Assembly (NCBI GenBank): GCA_040771865.1 | Contig: JAXGZF010000003.1 | Span: 62,001 to 126,000, forward strand | Source: Desulfobacterales bacterium | Lineage (GTDB): Bacteria > Desulfobacterota > Desulfobacteria > Desulfobacterales > UBA2245 | Direction of reading: 5' to 3' | Length of the DNA stretch: 64,000 nucleotides | Shown: positions 20,081-27,818 of the stretch, in pieces | Layout of the letters: each line of letters begins with the position of its first letter | Numbering within the stretch: position 1 is the first letter of the stretch | Made by a program: the position numbers and the translations under genes | Notes under the pieces: model-generated | Told to the model about the DNA's origin: nothing | The model's input: the letters and a program-made list of their open reading frames with translations, nothing else | Databases searched by the model: none

Positions 20081-20737
20081 ATGGCTAAAAATCTGATCCC
20101 GATTTATCTGTATACCCGATACGAGCGGTTCTGGCACTGGTTTCAAGCGGCAATGATCGTCGTTCTTCTGATCACCGGTTTTGAGGTACACGGGCTTTTT
20201 CGCCTGCTCGGTTTTAATCTTGCCGTCAAGGTGCATAATTTTGTGGGAATTACCTGGCTGATCGCTTTTGCATTCTTTGTATTCTGGGTGTTCACCACTG
20301 GAGAGTGGCGCCAGTATGTTCCCACCACGCAAAAAATGTTCGCCGTTGTGCGCTACTACGCGTACGGCATATTCCGCGGCGAGGCTCACCCGGTTCCAAA
20401 GCGTAAAGACGCCAAGCACAATCCGCTCCAGCGCCTGGTCTATCTGATGCTGGCCGCCACGCTGCTTCCGATTCAGATGCTCTCCGGGTTTCTTTACTGG
20501 GGATACAATTCCTGGGCCGACTGGGGACTGGACTGGCTCGGCCTCGAACCGCTTGCCCTGCTGCACATGGCCGGCGCTTTTTCCATTCTGGTCTTTCTGG
20601 TGACGCATGTGTATATGACCACCACGGGCCACAGTATTTTTGCACATACCAAGGCCATGATTACCGGTTGGGAAGAAATAGAGGAAGGCGAGATTCAGGA
20701 CTGGGAAAGGTCCGTCAAGCCGACCTGCGAAACCTGA
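20081..20737 (+). CDS. Membrane cytochrome b subunit (PhsC/hydrogenase cyt b-like)
   Basis: ERFWHW, ITGFEVHG, KHNPLQRL, LH..GAF...HVYMTTTG; four TM segments. Confidence 0.88.
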   Translation: MAKNLIPIYLYTRYERFWHWFQAAMIVVLLITGFEVHGLFRLLGFNLAVKVHNFVGITWLIAFAFFVFWVFTTGEWRQYVPTTQKMFAVVRYYAYGIFRGEAHPVPKRKDAKHNPLQRLVYLMLAATLLPIQMLSGFLYWGYNSWADWGLDWLGLEPLALLHMAGAFSILVFLVTHVYMTTTGHSIFAHTKAMITGWEEIEEGEIQDWERSVKPTCET

Positions 20738-20766
20738 CGTCAGCCAAAGCGCGCCATGCAAATTCG

Positions 20767-20802
20767 AGGGCCGGTTCTTCAGAAAAGGACCGGCCCTTGT
20801 TT
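20767..20802 (+). terminator. Probable intrinsic terminator
   Basis: AGGGCCGGTTCT-loop-AGGACCGGCCCT followed by TGTTT. Confidence 0.55.
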
Positions 20803-20839
20803 ATGGTTAGGGTTGATGTCGTCCTTCCGAAGAAAAAGC

Positions 20840-20884
20840 TTGACAAATCTGTTGCACAACAATACCGTTGTACAACAGATTTGT
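20840..20884 (+). promoter_or_regulatory. Promoter overlapped by an 18-bp inverted repeat operator
   Basis: TTGACA 20840-20845, TACCGT 17 nt later; arms ACAAATCTGTTGCACAAC / GTTGTACAACAGATTTGT (1 mismatch, 6-nt spacer). Confidence 0.7.
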
Positions 20885-20918
20885 TGTGTATATTAACCCA
20901 GCAATGGGAGGCCTATTC

Positions 20919-21677
20919 ATGGAACTCACCCAGTCCCAGCTTGAGAGCGTCAGAAACCAGATTCCGGAACCCTATAATACACCACAGAGATTTGGCGAAT
21001 TTATCCGTCAGAAGGTTCAGCCGCACAAAACGCTTTGTACGTTGGTCATGGCGGAGATCGACAAGATTTTGGCGCCTTTGATCCAGCAGTATGAAAAACG
21101 TTTCTTTTGCAGAATCGACGACAGCCACCAGCTAAAGACGCCGGAAAGCATTATCGATAAGATTTTTCGGCCTCCCAAGAAAAATTCAAAGGCCGGAGAA
21201 CCCATACCGTCCATATATGATCTGAAAAATTTTGATAGGACCATGACCGATCTTGCGCGGTTTCGAATTGTCTGTAATTTTTTGAGCGACGTCAAGATCG
21301 TTGAAGAAGCCATCTATAAATCCGAAAAGTTGAATCAGAAATTTAACATCAAACACGAATCCACTATCGATCAGAGGCCAAAATTGCGCAAATCCGGTGA
21401 ACGGTCCGTGAAATTTGTGCTGGAATATAAAAATCAACCCGGGTTGTTCCTGGAAATCCAGGTCATGACCCAATTGCAGGAGGCATGGGACAAAAAGGAT
21501 CATTTTCTGGTTTATGAAACCCGACGCCGTGATCCGGAAAGCGATGAGGAAAATTTTTCGGATTTCCTGGATGCCAAGATGAATGCCATGTCTGAACTTC
21601 TCTACGTGGCGGATAATTACTTTGAAGATCTGAGAAGTTCCCGCGAAGAACTTGGAAAAAACAAGGGGGGCCGATGA
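20919..21677 (+). CDS. RelA/SpoT-domain small alarmone synthetase-like nucleotidyl/pyrophosphotransferase (divergent)
   Basis: LKTPESIIDK, TDLARFRIVCNFLSDV, SGERSVK, LEIQVMTQLQEAW..DH.LVYE; GGAGG RBS before ATG 20919. Confidence 0.85.
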   Translation: MELTQSQLESVRNQIPEPYNTPQRFGEFIRQKVQPHKTLCTLVMAEIDKILAPLIQQYEKRFFCRIDDSHQLKTPESIIDKIFRPPKKNSKAGEPIPSIYDLKNFDRTMTDLARFRIVCNFLSDVKIVEEAIYKSEKLNQKFNIKHESTIDQRPKLRKSGERSVKFVLEYKNQPGLFLEIQVMTQLQEAWDKKDHFLVYETRRRDPESDEENFSDFLDAKMNAMSELLYVADNYFEDLRSSREELGKNKGGR

Positions 21678-23218
21678 AACTTCGAAAAGAAACATTCCAT
21701 ACAGGGCATTTGCTGGCTTTTATATCCAAACAGGACGCAACCGATAATTTTTCAATATTTTTTCCAGTCCAGGGACTTGACCAATTCGACAGCCTTTTGA
21801 AAATTACCCGGGGATTTGAGCGTTGCTTTGATCATTACCGGGAGCGATTTGAGTTTGTTGAATACTCCATTGCGGATTTTGGGCGAATTGAAGAGGCCTT
21901 TCAGAATGTTGACAGAAAACGCCTTGTCGTCTTTGACCAATCCAGCTTTCTGGACAGTGATCTTCAGTTTGTCGAACGCCTTGGAAGCATTGTGCTTGAA
22001 AGGCTTTCCGGACAATTTGATCCGATTTTTCCGAACATTGTGACTGGTGCAAATGCAACCGGATCAGATTTCTATGACCGCCGGCAGACCATTGAGAAAA
22101 TCTTTGAACTTTTGGATGAGGGAAAAAACATCCTGTTCAGAGCGCCCCGGCGTTATGGGAAAAGCAGTCTCCTGAAACATATCGCAAAGTATCCGCCAGC
22201 CAGCTGGCATGTCTGCTATATCGACCTTGAAGGTGGAAAGTCCTGCGAGGATTTTGTGGAGCAGATATTAAAAGGGCTGCTATTTAACCCTTCATGCAGT
22301 TATTGTCTCCCGGATGAAATTTCCGTCCAGAAAATCGGCGAAAAGTCAGAGATGGAAAAAATGGATTTTATCCGGAAAGAGCGGAACAAGATCCGAAAAA
22401 GTTGGAAATCTTATGCAGAAAATCTTTTTAAATCGGTGAATAACAGGGCCGGTGATAAAAAGATTCTCCTTGTTTTAGACGAGGTGTCTTTTCTCATTGA
22501 AGACGTTCTGGGGCATCCTGAAGGAAACAAACAAGAGGTCCAGGAACTTCTTGTTTGGTTTCGGGAGATTCGGGAGCAAATGGATCGTGTTCAATTGATT
22601 CTTTCAGGCTCTGAACATCTTCCGACGTTTTTAAAAGGTTATGAAATTGATGAAGGCCTTCTGGCTGATCTAATACCGGTGAGCCTGGATCTTTTCGATG
22701 CGCAGACAGCCGAAGATTTCATTTTTTTGACGCTGGCCGGTCAGAAAATCGGGGTTGTACGGGAAGAGATCAATCATATGCTCGGCTTAATCGGCAAACC
22801 GATACCGTATTTTCTTCAGCTCTTTCTGGATGCGATTTGTCGTGTTTGTCGCGAAAAACATCAGAATCTTACCTGTGATGATCTTACGGAGATTTATTAT
22901 CAGAATTTATTGGGGGCGGACAGCAAGCGCTATTTTGAATCCATTCAAAGGCAACTCGACCGCTACCGCCGGTTTGGCGTTAAAGGCAGTTCGGCTGCCT
23001 TGCGCATTTTAAATGAGCTTGCCAATACAGAAACGCGATCCATAGATCAGTTGCAAGTCCTTTGGCAGGTGGAAACCGGATCAGTCGAGCGATTTGAAGT
23101 CATGATGGGAATTTTGCAGGATGATTTTTACATCCGGATAGAAAACAATAATACTGCCTCCTTTGACAGCAAGCTTTTAAAGGACTGGTGGAACCGGCAC
23201 GTCCTGCCTTCAGCTTAG
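21674..23218 (+). CDS. STAND-like/AAA P-loop ATPase with ~118-aa N-terminal extension
   Basis: DFYDR, Walker A APRRYGKSS, Walker B LLVLDE, LILSGS, PYFLQ, C-terminal LLKDWW; ATGA overlap with the upstream gene. Confidence 0.85.
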   Translation: MKLRKETFHTGHLLAFISKQDATDNFSIFFPVQGLDQFDSLLKITRGFERCFDHYRERFEFVEYSIADFGRIEEAFQNVDRKRLVVFDQSSFLDSDLQFVERLGSIVLERLSGQFDPIFPNIVTGANATGSDFYDRRQTIEKIFELLDEGKNILFRAPRRYGKSSLLKHIAKYPPASWHVCYIDLEGGKSCEDFVEQILKGLLFNPSCSYCLPDEISVQKIGEKSEMEKMDFIRKERNKIRKSWKSYAENLFKSVNNRAGDKKILLVLDEVSFLIEDVLGHPEGNKQEVQELLVWFREIREQMDRVQLILSGSEHLPTFLKGYEIDEGLLADLIPVSLDLFDAQTAEDFIFLTLAGQKIGVVREEINHMLGLIGKPIPYFLQLFLDAICRVCREKHQNLTCDDLTEIYYQNLLGADSKRYFESIQRQLDRYRRFGVKGSSAALRILNELANTETRSIDQLQVLWQVETGSVERFEVMMGILQDDFYIRIENNNTASFDSKLLKDWWNRHVLPSA

Positions 23219-23249
23219 AGCAGCAAACTCTGAAAGGAAAACAGCATCA

Positions 23250-26200
23250 ATGGAATCCTTGTATCCCTATACTCCCAGAAAATCGAGTTTTGAAGATTTA
23301 AAACACACTTTTGTGGCCCGGCAGGTGCTGCTCGATGAACTGCTGGAAGCCGTTTCTACGCAAAGCGGGATGGACTCGCTCCAGCATTGGATGATTCTGG
23401 GCGCCAGGGGAATGGGAAAGTCTCATCTCATCACCATGGCCTATCATATGGTAAAGCGCGATGAGAAGCTATCGCAACAATGGCTTCCGGTGCTGATGAA
23501 TGAGGAAGAACATGGCGTTTTTTCATTACATACTTTGTTTATTCGCATATTGACCAAGCTTGGCGAGGAGCTTTCAGACGCTGATAACAAAGCCTCTGAA
23601 GCGATTATGCAGTTTCTCGACAAGTTAAGGGATTCGGGGGGAACTCAGGATGAAATCCTTGAGAACGTTGTGGCTTACCTCAAGGATTTTGTGAAAAATT
23701 CCGGCAAAAGATTGCTGGTGTTGCTGGAAAACGCCGATGAACTTTTGACCCGGTATCTTCCCCGCAAAAACGATATCAAGAAATTCCGCCATATCCTTCA
23801 GAACGACGCCTTTCTCATGCTGATCTGCACATCGCCGACTCTTTTCGAAGGAATCAGCAGCAGCAAGGCGCCGCTATATGATTTTTTCCGCATCCGCCAG
23901 CTGGACCTTTTAAACTACGAATCGTCGGTGGATTTGCTGAACCGGTGGGCAGAACTGGAGGGAAAATCAGAGGCAAAGCAAAAGCCTTCCCTGCGTTTTC
24001 GGGAAAACGATTACAGGCTGCGCGTACTCTATCATCTGACCGGCGGAAATCCCCGGATTCTCCTGTTTTTGTACATGGCCATCAGCGGGCAGGACGGGAT
24101 TCAAAGCGCTGTGGATACCTTCAGCAAGCTGCTTGAAGAAGATCTGAGCAGCTACTATCTGAGCCGGATGCGCGATCTTTCCAATCAGGTTCAGCCCATT
24201 GTGGTTGCCCTTGCGGAAAGCTCAGGGAGTCTGACCCAGACAGAAATTGCCAGGCTTACGTTTTTGCCGGCCAAGAGCATTGGAACGGCAATGGTGCGAT
24301 TGGAACAAGACGGCTTAGTCAGAGCAGTATCCGAGAAGAAAGGCAAAAACACCCTCTATGCCTTGACGGATCAGTTGTTTCGACTGTGGCATCAGTGGCG
24401 TACGCGCACCGATGAGCGTCGGGTCATCAAAGCGGTGGTGGAATTTCTGGCCGTTTGGTACCGCAAAAGACAGCTCATTCAATGGTCCGGCGATGAGGGA
24501 ATATCAGGGGCTTATTGCAAGGAAGCCTTGGCCTTTCGTGAAAGTCAGGGTTTCCGAAAGGTAATAGAACCGTTTTGCCGGGATAGCGAGAAATATATTG
24601 ATGAACATCTTGCTCGGAAAGATTATCCGGCGGTTTTTGATGCCTTAGATCTTTTGAAAGAATATGGGGTTTCGGTCGCAGATTTGTGGAAAAGCGCATT
24701 TGCGAGAGTGAAACAAGATAAAGGAATTGACGATGCTGAAGAATATTTCCGGCAGCGCATAAAAAAAGATGAAAGCGATCTTGAAGCGATTTTGGGCTTG
24801 GGACGGCTTCTGATTGCGAAAGAGAATTACGCAGGCGCTGAGGAGGCTTTTAGCCGGGCCGTGGAACTGTCCCCGGAAGATGGGTCCTTATGGGGTAATT
24901 TAGGGCTGGCGCGAGGGCGTCAGGAGAATCACGCAGGCGCTGAGGAGGCTTTTAGCCGGGCCGTGGAACTGTCCCCGGAAGATGGGTCCTTATGGGGTAA
25001 TTTAGGGCTGGCGCGAGGGCGTCAGGAGAATCACGCAGGCGCTGAGGAGGCTTTTAGCCGGGCCGTGGAACTGTCCCCGGAAGATGGGTCCTTATGGGGT
25101 AATTTAGGGCTGGCGCGAGGGCGTCAGGAGAATCACGCAGGCGCTGAGGAGGCTTTTAGCCGGGCCGTGGAACTGTCCCCGGAAGATGGGTCCTTATGGG
25201 GTAATTTAGGGCTGGCGCGAGGGCGTCAGGAGAATCACGCAGGCGCTGAGGAGGCTTTTAGCCGGGCCGTGGAACTGTCCCCGGAAGATGGGTCCTTATG
25301 GGGTAATTTAGGGCTGGCGCGAGGGCGTCAGGAGAATCACGCAGGCGCTGAGGAGGCTTTTAGCCGGGCCGTGGAACTGTCCCCGGAAGATGGGTCCTTA
25401 TGGGGTAATTTAGGGCTGGCGCGAGGGCGTCAGGAGAATCACGCAGGCGCTGAGGAGGCTTTTAGCCGGGCCGTGGAACTGTCCCCGGAAGATGGGTCCT
25501 TATGGGGTAATTTAGGGCTGGCGCGAGGGCGTCAGGAGAATCACGCAGGCGCTGAGGAGGCTTTTAGCCGGGCCGTGGAACTGTCCCCGGAAGATGGGTC
25601 CTTATGGGGTAATTTAGGGCTGGCGCGAGGGCGTCAGGAGAATTACGCGGGTGCTGAGGAGGCTTTTAGCCGGGCCGTGGAACTGTCCCCGGAAGATGGG
25701 TCCTTATGGGGTAATTTAGGGCTGGCGCGAGGGCGTCAGGAGAATTACGCGGGTGCTGAGGAGGCTTTTAGCCGGGCCGTGGAACTGTCCCCGGAAGATG
25801 GGTCCTTATGGGGTAATTTAGGGCTGACGCGAGTGTCTCAGGAGAATTACGCAGGTGCTGACGAGGTTTATAGCAAGGCCGTGGAGTTGTTCCCGAAAAA
25901 TAAGTATTATTGGGGAGGCTTGGGATTTGCGCGAGTGTCTCAGGAGAATTACGCAGGTGCTGAGGCGGCTTATAGCAAGGCCGTGGAGTTGGCACCGGAG
26001 GATGCGTATTTGTGGAGAATGTTGGGCGTGGCGCGATCGGATCAGGAGGATTACGCAGGTGCCGAGGAGGCTTTTAGCAAGGCCGTAGCCTTGGCTCCGG
26101 AGAATGCGATATTTTGGAGCAATCTGGGCGAGGTGCGATTGGCTTTAGGTGATAGTATGGGGGCTGAAAAGGCATTGATAAAGGCGGTGGAATTAAATCC

Positions 26201-26639
26201 GACGCCCAAAACAAAGGCTCGTATCGGGTTATTGCTATCTTTTATAAACGTAAAAAATCAGGATAACGGTTTATTTAAGAAGAACGTGAGCGAAGCGGTT
26301 TTTATTTTAGATCAGACCGATGCGTTAAAAGAAGAAGATCAGCAGGCTGTTATTGGAGATATTTTTGACGTCCTGACAGCTGTTTTAAATCAGAGCAATA
26401 TCAATGCCATTCGCACTTATCTCGCAGGCATCCGAGAGGCATCTGAAGATCTTGGACGGATATTCAAGCCGTTTGATTATGTTTTGGATTACTTTGATGC
26501 GCTTTTTGCAGCGCAAGCCGATAAAAAAGCAACCGCCGATCGCGCCCAGCGAGTGCTGGACAGCGTGGCCAGCGAAATCAAGGGGCCGGTTGAAGGTATG
26601 ATCGAAAAAATAAAAAATCGCCTGAACCGTTCTGATTAA
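23250..26639 (+). CDS. STAND-like ATPase - winged HTH - TPR array protein
   Basis: FVAR, Walker A GARGMGKS, variant Walker B LVLLENAD, TGGNPR (STAND GxP), wHTH LTQTEIARLTFLPAKSIGTAMVRLEQDGLV, about 14 TPRs. Confidence 0.88.
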   Translation: MESLYPYTPRKSSFEDLKHTFVARQVLLDELLEAVSTQSGMDSLQHWMILGARGMGKSHLITMAYHMVKRDEKLSQQWLPVLMNEEEHGVFSLHTLFIRILTKLGEELSDADNKASEAIMQFLDKLRDSGGTQDEILENVVAYLKDFVKNSGKRLLVLLENADELLTRYLPRKNDIKKFRHILQNDAFLMLICTSPTLFEGISSSKAPLYDFFRIRQLDLLNYESSVDLLNRWAELEGKSEAKQKPSLRFRENDYRLRVLYHLTGGNPRILLFLYMAISGQDGIQSAVDTFSKLLEEDLSSYYLSRMRDLSNQVQPIVVALAESSGSLTQTEIARLTFLPAKSIGTAMVRLEQDGLVRAVSEKKGKNTLYALTDQLFRLWHQWRTRTDERRVIKAVVEFLAVWYRKRQLIQWSGDEGISGAYCKEALAFRESQGFRKVIEPFCRDSEKYIDEHLARKDYPAVFDALDLLKEYGVSVADLWKSAFARVKQDKGIDDAEEYFRQRIKKDESDLEAILGLGRLLIAKENYAGAEEAFSRAVELSPEDGSLWGNLGLARGRQENHAGAEEAFSRAVELSPEDGSLWGNLGLARGRQENHAGAEEAFSRAVELSPEDGSLWGNLGLARGRQENHAGAEEAFSRAVELSPEDGSLWGNLGLARGRQENHAGAEEAFSRAVELSPEDGSLWGNLGLARGRQENHAGAEEAFSRAVELSPEDGSLWGNLGLARGRQENHAGAEEAFSRAVELSPEDGSLWGNLGLARGRQENHAGAEEAFSRAVELSPEDGSLWGNLGLARGRQENYAGAEEAFSRAVELSPEDGSLWGNLGLARGRQENYAGAEEAFSRAVELSPEDGSLWGNLGLTRVSQENYAGADEVYSKAVELFPKNKYYWGGLGFARVSQENYAGAEAAYSKAVELAPEDAYLWRMLGVARSDQEDYAGAEEAFSKAVALAPENAIFWSNLGEVRLALGDSMGAEKALIKAVELNPTPKTKARIGLLLSFINVKNQDNGLFKKNVSEAVFILDQTDALKEEDQQAVIGDIFDVLTAVLNQSNINAIRTYLAGIREASEDLGRIFKPFDYVLDYFDALFAAQADKKATADRAQRVLDSVASEIKGPVEGMIEKIKNRLNRSD
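24822..25841 (+). repeat. Ten tandem 102-bp (34-aa TPR) repeats
   Basis: Units start every 102 bp from 24822; seven appear identical (24924-25637); diverged TPRs continue to about 26200. Confidence 0.97.
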
Positions 26640-26863
26640 AGCGGCTCAGATGTTGCGGTTCAAAATCTTGCGACGCTTGCGGGGGCAACCGACTTGTAGG
26701 CGAATATCCCTTTGACAGTCCCAAGCATTCTATTTTATAGAATTGACGTTTGACGGCTTCGTAAAAAGCCAATTTCTGCTGCAAGTCCATCTTTGCCAGG
26801 CTGTAGAAAAGCAAGAATCAGCCTGTTGAAACCGGCAACCCATTTTGAACAAGGAGTGTGATC

Positions 26864-27766
26864 ATGGCCATACATCAGCCCATGAAGGATCTGTATCTGG
26901 TGGATCTGGACCAGTCTCTGGAAGGGTTTCGAAATTTTATCAGCAGCTGGGTGCTCAAGCGCCAGGGGAAAACCATTGTGGTGGACCCCGGCCCCAGGGC
27001 GACCATTCCGGTTTTGACGGAAGCCCTCAAAAAGCTGGATGTGAAAAAAATCGACTATATTCTCCTGACCCATATTCATATCGACCATGCCGGTGGAACC
27101 GGGCTGTTGATGAAGGATTATCCGGACGCCCAGGTGATCTGCCACGACAAGGGAATCAAGCACATGGTCGAACCGGCAAAGCTCTGGGCCGGGTCGCTCA
27201 AGGTGCTGGGCAAGGTGGCGGAGGCATACGGAGAGATTGCGGCCATTCCCAAGGACAACATTCAATATCAGCAGAGCGTCCAGGCCGGTCCCCTTGAGTT
27301 CGAGGTTCTGGAAACGCCGGGCCATGCCGTGCATCACATCTCGTTCAGGCTCGATGATCTTCTCTTTGCCGGAGAGGTGGCCGGCGTCAGTTATCCATTT
27401 GATGACGGCCTGTACATCCGGCTGGCCACGCCGCCGGTTTTCATCTACGAGGTGTTTAAAAGTTCCATCGAGAAGGTCGCGGCCCTGAATGTCTCACATT
27501 TCTGCTTCGGCCACTACGGATACCGCCGGGACGTCAAGGCGATCTGCGATACGGCCCTCAATCAGCTCGACAACTGGATGGCGGTGGTGGAAAAACATCA
27601 CAAGGCCGGAACGGAACCGTTTGCGGAAGCCGTTTTTGACGAGGTGTTGAAAAACGACCGGGGGCTTTCCCTGTTTTCAAAGCTTCCCGCGGATGTTCAG
27701 CAGCGCGAGAAATACTTCTGCTTCAACAGCTTTAAGGGCATGCGGGATTATTTCAAGGAAAAATAG
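26864..27766 (+). CDS. MBL-fold metallo-hydrolase
   Basis: VVDPG, THIHIDHAGG, TPGHAVHH, CFGHYG; AAGGAG RBS. Confidence 0.9.
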   Translation: MAIHQPMKDLYLVDLDQSLEGFRNFISSWVLKRQGKTIVVDPGPRATIPVLTEALKKLDVKKIDYILLTHIHIDHAGGTGLLMKDYPDAQVICHDKGIKHMVEPAKLWAGSLKVLGKVAEAYGEIAAIPKDNIQYQQSVQAGPLEFEVLETPGHAVHHISFRLDDLLFAGEVAGVSYPFDDGLYIRLATPPVFIYEVFKSSIEKVAALNVSHFCFGHYGYRRDVKAICDTALNQLDNWMAVVEKHHKAGTEPFAEAVFDEVLKNDRGLSLFSKLPADVQQREKYFCFNSFKGMRDYFKEK

Positions 27767-27787
27767 GACGATTTTGTATGCAGTCAG

Positions 27788-27818
27788 AAAGCCGGCCGGA
27801 CCTTTCCCGGTCGGCTTT
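27788..27818. terminator. Bidirectional hairpin between convergent genes
   Basis: AAAGCCGGCCGG-loop-CCGGTCGGCTTT. Confidence 0.6.

Noticed and set aside
24822..25841. CRISPR array
   Set aside because: The units are contiguous 102-bp in-frame coding repeats with no unique spacers, and there are no cas genes
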